Positions 1 to 9,195 of a DNA stretch of 34,890 bases are shown here, piece after piece. This stretch comes from a virus. The translations under genes and the position numbers were made by a program. The notes beneath the pieces are model-generated. The model saw only the letters and a list, made by a program, of their open reading frames with translations, made no database searches and was not told where the DNA came from. How positions within the stretch are numbered: the first letter of the stretch is position 1; each line of letters starts with the position of its first letter. The stretch lies in the IMG/VR virus record IMGVR_UViG_3300043372_000028. The stretch is one strand, 5' to 3'.

Positions 1-127
1 AGGTCGATCTGGACACTCGCGGAGATTGAGTTAGTGATGACGGGTCCGACATTGAAACAGGTACGCGAGATCAAAGCAGCACTGCCAGGTACGACAATGG
101 TTCCCGTGACGCCGCAAGGTTCCAGCG
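1..127. repeat. Terminal direct repeat, copy 1 (identical to 34764..34890)
   Basis: Compared base by base: the first 127 nt equal the last 127 nt. This implies a circular or circularly permuted unit of 34763 bp. Confidence 0.95.
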
Positions 128-234
128 GGTTTGAGGAGATGGAGAACGACATCGACATCAGCAAACCATTCAAGGGCGGCAAGTTGTTTGACACAAAGGC
201 AGCAGAAAGGGCAAGAGATGAGCGCAGGACGTGA
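1..234 (+). CDS. 3' part of the junction-spanning ORF that starts at 34350
   Basis: Frame 1 is open from position 1 to TGA at 232..234 and is in phase with the ORF entering from 34350. Confidence 0.65.
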   Translation, partial: RSIWTLAEIELVMTGPTLKQVREIKAALPGTTMVPVTPQGSSGFEEMENDIDISKPFKGGKLFDTKAAERARDERRT

Positions 235-252
235 TTTGTGGGATGAGGTGGT

Positions 253-744
253 ATGCAGGGTGCTTTCGGTAACGAAAAACGCTTGGAGGGTCATCTAATG
301 CCTGGGAATCCGAAAGTGAGAGCCGATATTGCGCTGTTGGAGGACATCGACGATGAGTTAATCCTGTCAATGTTTGAGGAAGGGCGCAGCAAGGCAGACA
401 TATGCCGTGGCCTAGGCATCGGACGGCGTGCGCTCGACACTTGGATCGAAGATAACGACTATGAAGCTAAAATAACGCGCGCGCGGGTGGAAGCTGCCTC
501 GCATTTAGCCTGCGAGACACTCACCATCGCGGACAGCATGGACGTGGACAACGGCCAGCGCGACGTGCAGCGCATCCGGACGCGCCAATGGCTGGCCGAG
601 AGGTGGGATCGCAAGACCTACGGCACTGAGAAAGCCAGCCAGGTCAACATCAGCATCCAAGGTTTACGCATGGAGGCGCTGCGCCACGTCGAGGTAGTTG
701 AGCAGTTATCCACAGACCAGATGCCAAAGTTATCCACAGAATGA
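253..744 (+). CDS. terS: Terminase small subunit (HTH-containing)
   Basis: Sits just upstream of the large terminase. Has an N-terminal HTH-like segment (SKADICRGLGIGRRALDTWIE) and a RIRTRQWLAERWDRKTYG segment typical of small terminases. An alternative start at ATG 298 has a better GGAGGG RBS 7 nt upstream. Confidence 0.7.
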   Translation: MQGAFGNEKRLEGHLMPGNPKVRADIALLEDIDDELILSMFEEGRSKADICRGLGIGRRALDTWIEDNDYEAKITRARVEAASHLACETLTIADSMDVDNGQRDVQRIRTRQWLAERWDRKTYGTEKASQVNISIQGLRMEALRHVEVVEQLSTDQMPKLSTE

Positions 745-1126
745 GTGCATTTGCTCAAATATTAAGCGGAAACAGGCATAACTACCCTGTTTTGCTTCAC
801 ATATTGGACACTGTATTAAGTAGTTCTGTTGCATTAAGTGCAGACGCGCAGCGAAATACTCAATGGAATCATAGGCTTACGCGCACCATAGCGCAGCGTC
901 AGAGGGAACGCGCAGCGTGCTGAGTTATCCACAGGCTGCGGCCCGACCCCAGGTGGCCGCGCGTCGCCAGGTGGCCACGGTCTGGCCGACCGGCGCCCGA
1001 CCCCACCCGGGCGGCGCTGGCGGCGGGGCGGTTGTGGCAGTACCTAAACACCTACCGAATGAGCGATTCTCACCTACCGAATGTCCTAATCCCCTGACCC
1101 CCTACCCCCCTACCTGACAACGCACT
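745..1126. repeat. 382-bp non-coding spacer between terS and terL, packed with short direct repeats
   Basis: Five repeat families. AGTTATCCACAG at 704, 728 and 923. GCGCAGCG at 846, 891 and 910. CCAGGTGGCC at 949 and 967. GCCCGACCCCA at 941 and 995. CACCTACCGAATG at 1049 and 1071. There is a GC-rich core at about 935..1035, and only weak 60-66 aa ORFs. Confidence 0.7.
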
Positions 1127-2554
1127 ATGGCTACAAAAAAAAATTTGGAAGTTTCCGATAACCCGTTTATCGAGTTCGCTTTGCGCTACCGCAACGACCC
1201 TGTACTGTTTGTCAGGGAGGTGCTGAACACCGAGCCTGATGATTGGCAAGTGGAGTTTCTGAATCACATTGCCAAGGGAAACCGACGCATTAGCGTGAGA
1301 TCGGGCCACGGCGTGGGTAAGAGTACGGCCAGCGCCTGGGCAATGCTCTGGTATCTGTTCCTGCGCTTCCCTGTAAAGATTGTGGTTACAGCACCCACCA
1401 GCAGCCAGCTTTACGATGCCCTGTTCGCGGAACTGAAGCGGTGGGTTAAGCAGCTACCGCCTATGCTGGCCGACCAGTTGGACGTTAAGCAGGACAGGGT
1501 CGAGGTCAAGGAAGCGCCCAACGAGGCGTTCATTTCGGCCAGGACAAGCCGCGCAGAGCAACCCGAAGCGCTGCAAGGGGTTCACAGCGACAACGTCATG
1601 CTGGTGGCAGATGAGGCATCAGGTATCCCAGAGGCGGTGTTCGAGGCCGCTGCCGGTTCAATGTCGGGTCACAAGGCGGTGACGCTGCTGCTGGGCAATC
1701 CGGTGCGCTCCACGGGTTTCTTTTTCGACACCCACAACCGCCTCAAGGATGATTGGATCACCATGAAGGTGTCGTGCGCCGACTCGCCCCGAGTTTCCGA
1801 AGCGTACCTAGGGGAGATGGCGGCACGTTACGGCGAGGAGTCAAACGCCTACCGGATTCGCGTATTGGGCGAGTTCCCCAGGTCAGATGACGATACTGTC
1901 ATTCCAATGGAGTTGCTAGAGATGGCGCAGCAGAGAGACGTTGAGCCTAGCCAGTCAGCGCCAATGGTCTGGGGTTTAGACGTTGCCAGGTTTGGGTCGG
2001 ATAGGTCGGCACTCTGCAAGCGCAAGGGGAACGCGGTGACCGAGCCAATCAAGACCTGGAAGAACCTGGACCTGATGCAACTGACCGGTGCGGTGGTGTC
2101 CGAGTACGAGGCTCTGCCACCAAGCGAAAGGCCAATGGAAATTCTGGTGGACAGCATCGGCCTGGGCGCCGGCGTAGTTGACCGGCTGCGGGAACTGAAT
2201 CTGCCTTGTCGCGGAATCAACGTGTCCGAGAGTCCTGCGATGGGCGCGACCTACAGGAATCTGAAGGCTGAGTTGTGGCACAAGGCCAAAGCCTGGTTGG
2301 AGGGTCGGGACTGCAAGATGCCCAAGGATGAGGCTTTAGTGTCAGAGTTGGCCATCGTGCGTTATTCGTTTACATCCAGTGGCAAGATTCAGATCGAGGG
2401 CAAGGATGAGATCAGGAAGCGCGGTTTCCCGAGTCCTGACCGCGCTGATGCGTTCTGCCTAACATTTGCCTCAGACGCGGTGATAGGTGCATTTGGCGGT
2501 GCAAAGGTGTCCTGGAGCAAGCCGCTGCGCCGTAACCTTGCGCGAGTAGCATAA
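1127..2554 (+). CDS. terL: Terminase large subunit
   Basis: 475 aa. Walker A-like GHGVGKST, Walker B-like VMLVADEASGI, and a C-terminal nuclease-like region with conserved acidic residues. Position and size are typical. Confidence 0.9.
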   Translation: MATKKNLEVSDNPFIEFALRYRNDPVLFVREVLNTEPDDWQVEFLNHIAKGNRRISVRSGHGVGKSTASAWAMLWYLFLRFPVKIVVTAPTSSQLYDALFAELKRWVKQLPPMLADQLDVKQDRVEVKEAPNEAFISARTSRAEQPEALQGVHSDNVMLVADEASGIPEAVFEAAAGSMSGHKAVTLLLGNPVRSTGFFFDTHNRLKDDWITMKVSCADSPRVSEAYLGEMAARYGEESNAYRIRVLGEFPRSDDDTVIPMELLEMAQQRDVEPSQSAPMVWGLDVARFGSDRSALCKRKGNAVTEPIKTWKNLDLMQLTGAVVSEYEALPPSERPMEILVDSIGLGAGVVDRLRELNLPCRGINVSESPAMGATYRNLKAELWHKAKAWLEGRDCKMPKDEALVSELAIVRYSFTSSGKIQIEGKDEIRKRGFPSPDRADAFCLTFASDAVIGAFGGAKVSWSKPLRRNLARVA

Positions 2555-2581
2555 TTACGCATCCAACCAAAGGGGTAATCT

Positions 2582-2773
2582 ATGAAGATGGACAAGGCTG
2601 CGAGTAAGATTGCAAAGGTGATGGGCGAGTACAAGTCTGGCAAGCTGCACTCGGGCATGACCAAGCGCGTCGTGAAGAATCCCAAGCAGGCAATTGCCAT
2701 TGCACTGTCCGAGGCCAAGCTGCCAATGCGCGGTGAGCGCACAGCAACCAACAAAGCCAAGAGGGGGATGTAA
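2582..2773 (+). CDS. Small basic conserved phage protein, function unknown
   Basis: 63 aa, with RBS aggggt upstream. The KQAIAIALSEAK segment resembles a widespread small protein family. Confidence 0.6.
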   Translation: MKMDKAASKIAKVMGEYKSGKLHSGMTKRVVKNPKQAIAIALSEAKLPMRGERTATNKAKRGM

Positions 2774-3258
2774 TGGCTACACGCGACGTACCGGCCAAGT
2801 ACCAGGCGGCGATGGACCAGATGATGACATCCGAGAAGGAGGTCGAAAAGTGTCCTATGCCTACCCAGGATGTTGTGCTGAATCTGAAGAATCGGGCGAA
2901 GGCGATCACCACCGCAGCCTACGGCCCTGAGAATCCGAAGCTGCCAAACGAGGCTTTTTGGCGTAACAAGGCCGACACCTGGGACGTGAGCATCGAAGAT
3001 TCAAAGAAGAGCCTATGCGCTAACTGCGCAGCGTTTAATGTGCAGGACTCAATTAAGCAATGTATTGCGAAAGGAATTGGAAATGAAGCAGACCCTTGGG
3101 GAACTATACGCCTCGCTGACCTCGGCTATTGCGAGATTTTTGACTTCAAGTGCGCAGCTAGTCGAACGTGCGATGCGTGGGTTACGGGAGGCCCGAACGA
3201 CGGCAGTGGAGAAGATGAAGAGTATGTGGACACGGAACTAGAAGGGGAAGAGGAATGA
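2773..3258 (+). CDS. Cys-rich hypothetical protein with acidic C-terminus
   Basis: 161 aa with a TAATG junction to the previous ORF. Cysteine clusters CANCAAF and CEIFDFKCAASRTCDAW, and an acidic tail EDEEYVDTELEGEEE. Confidence 0.6.
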   Translation: MATRDVPAKYQAAMDQMMTSEKEVEKCPMPTQDVVLNLKNRAKAITTAAYGPENPKLPNEAFWRNKADTWDVSIEDSKKSLCANCAAFNVQDSIKQCIAKGIGNEADPWGTIRLADLGYCEIFDFKCAASRTCDAWVTGGPNDGSGEDEEYVDTELEGEEE

Positions 3259-3410
3259 AACCTGGACTTTATGCAAACATCAACGCCAAGCAGAAACGTA
3301 TCGCGGCTGGCTCCGGTGAGAAGATGAACAAGGTCGGAAGCAAGGCAGCGCCTAGCGCAGCCGATTTCCGCAAGGCGGCTAAGACGGCCAAGCCAGTTAA
3401 GAAGAAATGA
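3255..3410 (+). CDS. Small lysine-rich protein (51 aa), not in the ORF track
   Basis: ATGA overlaps at both ends (3255 and 3407). Translation: MKPGLYANINAKQKRIAAGSGEKMNKVGSKAAPSAADFRKAAKTAKPVKKK. It fills an otherwise non-coding gap. Confidence 0.5.
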   Translation: MKPGLYANINAKQKRIAAGSGEKMNKVGSKAAPSAADFRKAAKTAKPVKKK

Positions 3411-4102
3411 TCTCACCGATCTGCATCTCGACAGTGCATGGCAAAGGTCTACGGGTGATGCTTGCAAGCATTGCTGAGTACTGTCCAGAAGTTCCTGTCT
3501 ACTTGCGCGGTCCAGAGTCAGTGATTGGCGGCTTTGAAACTGACCTCAAAATATTTGGTGCAGCGCACAATTTTGGCGAAGATTACAACCATGTAATGGA
3601 CCGCGCCTTTGCTGATGGTTTTGACTCTGTGATCTGCGCCAATGACGATATTGTGCTGACGCCCACCAGCTACAAGGATTTGTTGGAGGATGTCAGCCAG
3701 TTAAAAGCTGACACTGGTGAGCCAGTGGGTTGGGTATCGGCGCGGTGCGATGCTGCGCGGCCAGGGCAGAACATTCGCAGCAACCCGTTTGACGAGAAGC
3801 TGCACTATTTCAAGTACCCCTATGAGCAATCCATTATGAGGATGGAGGTGGTCAGTCCCATATTTGGATGGATTGGCCGCGACGCCTGGGATTGTTTCAA
3901 GTTCCCACCATTGAACTGGTACTCGGATGATGTCCACTGCAAAGACTTGCGTGCTGCAGGCTTTAATCATTATGTGAGTACGTCATATGTGCATCACATT
4001 GGCAGCCAGACTATTGGATTGAACGGTGAGGCACTGACCAAGGCGGCTATACCGTGGCTATTAAAGAACAGGCCACACTATGCAGAGGAGTGGTTCAAGT
4101 GA
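3407..4102 (+). CDS. Putative GT-A fold (family 2-like) glycosyltransferase
   Basis: 231 aa. N-terminal beta-strand ICISTV, a DxD-like motif in ICANDDIVL, and a C-terminal SYVHHIGSQT segment typical of GT2 enzymes. Confidence 0.55.
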   Translation: MISPICISTVHGKGLRVMLASIAEYCPEVPVYLRGPESVIGGFETDLKIFGAAHNFGEDYNHVMDRAFADGFDSVICANDDIVLTPTSYKDLLEDVSQLKADTGEPVGWVSARCDAARPGQNIRSNPFDEKLHYFKYPYEQSIMRMEVVSPIFGWIGRDAWDCFKFPPLNWYSDDVHCKDLRAAGFNHYVSTSYVHHIGSQTIGLNGEALTKAAIPWLLKNRPHYAEEWFK

Positions 4103-4614
4103 GTCACCAGTCTCAGATCAACTTCATCAGCAGCGTGAAGGCCAAATTCCCTGAGTTTTTTGTTGGTGGGCGGGTTTTGGAAGTTGGCTCATTGAACATC
4201 AACGGCACTGTGCGCGATTTCTTTGTAAACCCTGACGAGTATGTGGGTTGCGACTTAGGCGAGGGAAAAGGCGTTGACATTGTCTGTGCAGGGCATGAGT
4301 TGCCATATGCTGATGGATATTTTGATGTGGCCATATCGTGCGAGTGCTTTGAGCATGACCGGCACTGGCGCAAAACATTCTCAAAGATGATCGACTTGGT
4401 TGAGGCCGGTGGTTTGGTTGTATTTTCCTGCGCGACCACGGGCAGGCAGGAACATGGGACAACAAGAACGTCACCGGCTGATGCGCCTTTCACCAATGAC
4501 TACTACATGAACCTGGAGGCAGGACACTTTGGTTTGTTGGTGAAAAGGTTTTCACGGTATGAATTTAGCGAAAATCAGTCTCCAAGAGACTTGTATTTTT
4601 GGGGCATCAAATGA
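4099..4614 (+). CDS. Class I SAM-dependent methyltransferase
   Basis: Motif I-like VLEVGSLNINGT, then VGCDL, FDVAISCECFEH and GGLVVFS. GTG 4099 forms a GTGA overlap with the upstream stop and has GAGGAG 8 nt upstream. The ORF track's ATG 4054 would overlap the previous gene by 49 nt. Confidence 0.75.
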   Translation: MSHQSQINFISSVKAKFPEFFVGGRVLEVGSLNINGTVRDFFVNPDEYVGCDLGEGKGVDIVCAGHELPYADGYFDVAISCECFEHDRHWRKTFSKMIDLVEAGGLVVFSCATTGRQEHGTTRTSPADAPFTNDYYMNLEAGHFGLLVKRFSRYEFSENQSPRDLYFWGIK

Positions 4615-4904
4615 AGACAGCAGCGTGGCAACGTAAAGAGGGAAAGAGTCCCAGCGGCGGGTTAAATGCCAAGGGACGCGCCAGCGCCAAAGCCGAGGGC
4701 ATGAATCTGAAAGCGCCGGTAAAGTCTGGCGACAACCCGCGCAGGGCGTCATTCCTTGCGAGAATGGGCAATATGCCAGGTGCTGAGATGAAAGACGGTG
4801 AGCCAACGCGCTTGCTGCTGAGTTTGAAAGCCTGGGGCGCGTCAAGCAAGGTTGATGCACGAGCCAAGGCCAAAGCAATATCTGCAAGGAACAAATCAAA
4901 ATGA
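4611..4904 (+). CDS. Small basic conserved phage protein, function unknown
   Basis: ATGA overlap at 4611. Sequence: MKTAAWQRKEGKSPSGGLNAKGRAS...NPRRASFLARM. Lys/Arg-rich. Confidence 0.6.
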   Translation: MKTAAWQRKEGKSPSGGLNAKGRASAKAEGMNLKAPVKSGDNPRRASFLARMGNMPGAEMKDGEPTRLLLSLKAWGASSKVDARAKAKAISARNKSK

Positions 4905-7024
4905 ACATGAACGATATGCCAGTGACCACCGACGTGGCAGCCCAGAAGCAGATGGATGACACTGAACTGGAGGCGATCATCGGGCAAGACCTGACCGACG
5001 CCGTCAGTTATATCGACTCCGACATCTCGCCCATTCGGGCGATGGGGACGGCCTACTACCGAGGTGACCCGTTTGGGAACGAGGAAGATGGGCGCTCCCA
5101 GGTAGTAGCGATGGAAGTGCGCGACACCGTCAGCGCCATGATGCCTAGCCTGATGCGGGTGTTTTTCAGTAGCGAGAACACCGTTGAGTACGTCCCCGAG
5201 ACACCGGCAGATGTTGAGTACGCCAAGCAAGCCACCGACTATGGCAACTTCATATTTAACAATGACAACAACGGGTTTATGACAACCTACGCTATCTTCA
5301 AAGATAGCCTGGTGCGCAAGTGCGGAGTGGCAAAATTCTGGTGGGAGGAGTCCGAGAAAGTTGAGATAACCGACTTCAGCGGCCTGGATGACCAGACCCT
5401 GCAAATACTGATGCAGGAGCAGGCCGAGGTCAAGATTATTGTTAGCTACCCCGATCCTGACGCGCCCCCAATGCAGCCGCAGATTGACCCAATGACGGGT
5501 CAGATGATGCCGCCCCCACCGCCGCCCATGCTGCACGACGTGCAACTCAAGCGCGTGACCAAGGACGGGCGCATCAAGATTATGGCAGTGCCGCCCGAGG
5601 AGTTGCTGATCGACCGCCGTGCGCGTTCATTTGACGATTGCAGCCTGATTGCGCACCGCAAGATGGCGACAGTCGCTGAACTGATTGCGATGGGATACGA
5701 CGAGGACGAGGTGCTGGACAACGTCACCGCCTCCGACCTTGACGACAACGAGGAGTATTTGGCACGCCAACCGCTGGCGACCGCGGTCGGCCAGACCGAT
5801 AGCGCCAACCCCATGCAGAGGCGCGTTCTGTACATCGAGGCGTATGAGCGCATTGACTACGACGGCGACGGCATCCCCGAGTTGCGGAAAATCTGCTGCA
5901 TGGGTTCTGGCTACAAGGTTGTGCGCAACTTGCCGGCGTCCCATATCCCATTTGTGGACTTTCCCTGCGACCCCGAGCCACACACCAGCCCCATCGAGGC
6001 GATGTCCATATTCGACATTACGCACGACATCCAGGAGATCAAGTCAGAAATCCTGCGCAACACGCTGGATTCCTTGGCTCAGTCCATCCACCCGCGCACT
6101 GCGGTGGTCGAGGGCCAAGTCAACATGGATGACGTGCTGAACAACGAGACCGGCGCGATCATTCGTATGCGTGCACCTGGCATGGTGCAACCGTTCTCCA
6201 GCCCGTTTGTCGGGCAGGCGGCTTTTCCCATGCTGGACTACATCGACCAGATCAAGGAAGACCGCACCGGCATGAGCAAGGCCGCGATGGGTCTGAACGC
6301 CGACGCCTTGCAGTCCAGCACCAAGGCGGCGGTGGCCGCAACCATCAGCGCGTCCCAAGGCCGCATTGAACTCACGGCGCGGATGATGGCCGAGGGCATG
6401 AAGAAACTGTTTAAGGGCATCCTGTTTCTGATGGTGACCCACCAGGACAAGCCGCGCACGATCCGGTTGCGCGACAAGTTTGTGGAGATTGACCCACGCG
6501 CCTGGAACGCCAACATGGACGTGAGCATCAACATCGGCCTGGGCAACGGCGACACCAACGAGCGCCTGCAGGCTCTGATGATGATTAGTGGAAAGCAGCA
6601 GGAGGCGATAACCCAACTCGGGCCGCAGAACCCGCTGGTAAGCCCGTCCATGTACGCCAGCACACTGCGCAAGATCGTGGAATTCAGCGGGTTCAAGGAT
6701 TCCAGCCAGTTCTTTAACGACATCCCTGCCGACTACCAGCCTCCAGCGCCTCCACCTCCAAAGCCGACACCGGAAGAAGTGCTGGCCGAAGTACAGGCCA
6801 AGTCCATCGAGGCCGACATCCAGAAGAAGGCCGCCGAGTTGGAACTCAAGCGCGAACAGATGATCCGCGATGATGATTTCCGACGCGACCAACTGGCGCA
6901 AGATGGACTACTGAAAAAATACGAAATTGAGTTAAAGTACAACGCACAGATTAGCAACGCTGAGATTCAAGCTGCAACCAGCATGAGTCGAGAGGCAACC
7001 ATCAACCAACCTGGAATGGCATGA
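4901..7024 (+). CDS. Portal protein
   Basis: 707 aa. It lies between the terminase region and the scaffold/capsid genes, and has a long C-terminal coiled-coil-like segment. Size and position are typical of podovirus portals. Confidence 0.85.
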   Translation: MNMNDMPVTTDVAAQKQMDDTELEAIIGQDLTDAVSYIDSDISPIRAMGTAYYRGDPFGNEEDGRSQVVAMEVRDTVSAMMPSLMRVFFSSENTVEYVPETPADVEYAKQATDYGNFIFNNDNNGFMTTYAIFKDSLVRKCGVAKFWWEESEKVEITDFSGLDDQTLQILMQEQAEVKIIVSYPDPDAPPMQPQIDPMTGQMMPPPPPPMLHDVQLKRVTKDGRIKIMAVPPEELLIDRRARSFDDCSLIAHRKMATVAELIAMGYDEDEVLDNVTASDLDDNEEYLARQPLATAVGQTDSANPMQRRVLYIEAYERIDYDGDGIPELRKICCMGSGYKVVRNLPASHIPFVDFPCDPEPHTSPIEAMSIFDITHDIQEIKSEILRNTLDSLAQSIHPRTAVVEGQVNMDDVLNNETGAIIRMRAPGMVQPFSSPFVGQAAFPMLDYIDQIKEDRTGMSKAAMGLNADALQSSTKAAVAATISASQGRIELTARMMAEGMKKLFKGILFLMVTHQDKPRTIRLRDKFVEIDPRAWNANMDVSINIGLGNGDTNERLQALMMISGKQQEAITQLGPQNPLVSPSMYASTLRKIVEFSGFKDSSQFFNDIPADYQPPAPPPPKPTPEEVLAEVQAKSIEADIQKKAAELELKREQMIRDDDFRRDQLAQDGLLKKYEIELKYNAQISNAEIQAATSMSREATINQPGMA

Positions 7025-7272
7025 CAGAACAAGTAATACGCGCTGGCCGCAAGGCACAGGAACTCTTAGAGGACGAGACGTTCAACAATGCACTAAGCAA
7101 GATTGAGAACGAGCAACTCTGGATTTTCAAAAGCAGCAAACCCGAAGAATCCGTAAAACGCGAGATGGCCTGGTCCATGTTGAGGGCAATAGATAACCTC
7201 AAAGGTGAACTGACCAAGACCATCGACAACGCAAAGGTGGCGCAACGCGCTGCGGAACGGGTTAATAAATGA
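7021..7272 (+). CDS. Hypothetical head-module protein
   Basis: 83 aa, with ATGA overlaps on both sides, between portal and scaffold. Confidence 0.55.
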   Translation: MTEQVIRAGRKAQELLEDETFNNALSKIENEQLWIFKSSKPEESVKREMAWSMLRAIDNLKGELTKTIDNAKVAQRAAERVNK

Positions 7273-8225
7273 CAGAATCCTTAAATATGGACGCAGCAGT
7301 CCAGGCACTCACGGCCATACTTCCCGAAGAGGGAGAAAAGTCAACCGACGAGGCGTTATCTCGGGAAACCGAGGCGGCGGTGGATGTTGAATTGTCCGGT
7401 GATGCAGACGCATCGGACGATGAAACGCCTACCGAACAGTCAGAGGAAGATGAGGAATCAGAGGAGAGCGAAGAGCCGCAGACTTTCACCGTCAAAGTAG
7501 ATGGCAAGGAAGTTACTGTAACGCTTGACGAACTCCAGCAAGGTTACTCACGCACTCAAGACTACACGCGGAAGACCCAGCAGATTGCCGAGGTGCGAAA
7601 GCAAGTCGAGCAAGAAAGCCAGGCCATCCGCGCCGAGCGTGCGCAGTACGCTCAATTGTTAGGAGCATTGGAGCAGCAAGTTCAGCAGGCAGCAGCGCCT
7701 CAGATCGATTGGGACCGTCTTTATCAAGAAGACCCCATCGAGTGGGTGAGGCAGAAAGAGTTAGTGCGTGAGAACCAGGCCAAGTACGCCGCTATTCAGA
7801 GCGAACAGCAGCGACTTGCAGAAATCTCCAACTATGAACAGGCGCAATCTATGCAGGCATTTCTTGCTCAAGAGCAAGACAAATTGATGGAAGTCTTACC
7901 TGAGTGGAAAGACCCCGCCAAGGCCAAGGCAGAGAAGGCGCTACTCATTGAATTCGGCCAGAAGGCAGGATTCCAACCTGATGAACTGAAGAACATTTTT
8001 GACCACCGCGTCGTGAGCGTGTTGCGTAAAGCGGCACTGTACGAACAGATGATGTCCAAGCGGGGCAACATCAAGCCGGTGACCAACAATGGCCCAAGAC
8101 CAGCCAAGCCAGGTGCAGCGGGTCGAGTCTCCACGACAAGCGAGTCAGTGCGTGCAAAACAACGTCTTGCAAAAAGTGGCCGCGTCCAAGATGCGGTCTC
8201 CGCAATTGAACTTTTATTAAAGTGA
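7269..8225 (+). CDS. Scaffolding protein
   Basis: 318 aa. Acidic N-terminal region (SEEDEESEESEE), a Q/E/A-rich helical middle, and a position immediately upstream of the major capsid gene. Confidence 0.7.
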   Translation: MTESLNMDAAVQALTAILPEEGEKSTDEALSRETEAAVDVELSGDADASDDETPTEQSEEDEESEESEEPQTFTVKVDGKEVTVTLDELQQGYSRTQDYTRKTQQIAEVRKQVEQESQAIRAERAQYAQLLGALEQQVQQAAAPQIDWDRLYQEDPIEWVRQKELVRENQAKYAAIQSEQQRLAEISNYEQAQSMQAFLAQEQDKLMEVLPEWKDPAKAKAEKALLIEFGQKAGFQPDELKNIFDHRVVSVLRKAALYEQMMSKRGNIKPVTNNGPRPAKPGAAGRVSTTSESVRAKQRLAKSGRVQDAVSAIELLLK

Positions 8226-8232
8226 GTAAATC

Positions 8233-9195
8233 ATGGCAATCGTAACTAATACTTTCACCACCTTTGACGCCAAAGGTATCCGTGAAGACCTGTCCAACAT
8301 CATCACCAATATCGCACCCGAAGAAACTCCTTACATGAGTAACATTGGACGCGAATCAATCAGCAATTCGCTGTTTGAATTCCAAAGCGATACCCTGGCG
8401 GCGGCAGCGGCCAACAAGCAGATTGAGGGTGACGATGTCGCCTCTTTTGACGCTGTTACCGCAACCGTTCGCCTGCAAAACTACGCTCAGATTTCGCGCA
8501 AGACCATCATCTTGTCCGCGACTGAAGAGGTGGTCAACAAGGCTGGCCGTCGCAGCGAACTGGCTTACCAGATCGCCAAGCGTAGCGCCGAACTAAAACG
8601 CGACCAAGAGTTCACCATGCTGAACGGCGCTGTAGCTGCTGCTGGTAGCACCAGCGTTGCACGCGGTACTGCATCTCTGGGCGCGTGGGTCAAGACCAAC
8701 GTAGACAAGCAGACTGATGGCACTAACCCGTCCTATACGACGCTGCCAAACAGCGCCCGTACTGACGGCACTGTGCGCACTTTCACTGAGACTATTCTCA
8801 AGAATGTGATTCAGCAAGTGTGGGCTGCTGGCGGCACTCCTAAGATTCTGATGACCGGCCCTGTTAACAAGCAGCGCGTCAGCGGATTCTCTGGTATCGC
8901 TTCCAGCCGTTTCAACATCAACGGCGGTGAGAAGCCTGCGACTTTGATTGGCGCGGTTGATGTTTATGTCAGCGACTTTGGCAACGTCAGCGTTATCGCA
9001 AACCGTTTCCAGCGTGAGCGTGATGCTTGGGTACTCGATCCTGAGTACGCCAAGATGGTTGTGCTGCGTCCTTACCAGCAAGTTGAACTCGCTAAAACCG
9101 GCGACGCTGAGAAGCGTATGTTGCTGGTGGAGTGGGGCCACAAGGTGCTGGCTGAGAACGCCCACGGCCTGGCTGCTGACCTGATTACTTCGTAA
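8233..9195 (+). CDS. Major capsid protein (HK97-fold family)
   Basis: 320 aa. The N-terminal pattern TFDAKGIREDLSNIITNIAPEETPYMSNIGRE...FEFQSDTLAAAAANKQIEGDD is characteristic of a widespread phage major capsid family. The gene is followed by a strong terminator. Confidence 0.9.
   Translation: MAIVTNTFTTFDAKGIREDLSNIITNIAPEETPYMSNIGRESISNSLFEFQSDTLAAAAANKQIEGDDVASFDAVTATVRLQNYAQISRKTIILSATEEVVNKAGRRSELAYQIAKRSAELKRDQEFTMLNGAVAAAGSTSVARGTASLGAWVKTNVDKQTDGTNPSYTTLPNSARTDGTVRTFTETILKNVIQQVWAAGGTPKILMTGPVNKQRVSGFSGIASSRFNINGGEKPATLIGAVDVYVSDFGNVSVIANRFQRERDAWVLDPEYAKMVVLRPYQQVELAKTGDAEKRMLLVEWGHKVLAENAHGLAADLITS

Noticed and set aside
1-127. The terminal repeat as a genuine phage direct terminal repeat
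   Set aside because: A coding ORF passes through it in phase, and its exact fixed length fits an assembly overlap. Real termini cannot be inferred from this sequence alone.
741-1117. ORFs 741..923 (60 aa) and 917..1117 (66 aa) in the terS-terL spacer
   Set aside because: The translations are low-complexity (A/R/P/G-rich) with no RBS. The region is better explained by its dense DNA-level direct repeats. A small gene cannot be fully excluded.
5685-6140. 151-aa same-strand alternative-frame ORF inside the portal gene
   Set aside because: The translation is T/R/P/S-rich with no motifs or start context. It is far shorter than the host gene, unlike the full-length overlap at the methyltransferase locus.
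4607-6901. Long minus-strand ORFs (312 aa at 4607..5545 and 285 aa at 6044..6901) antisense to the portal gene
   Set aside because: The plus strand encodes an uninterrupted, well-placed portal protein. The antisense translations are R/G/L/V/H-rich and lack motifs, RBSs or operon context. This is the typical open antisense frame of a codon-biased gene.
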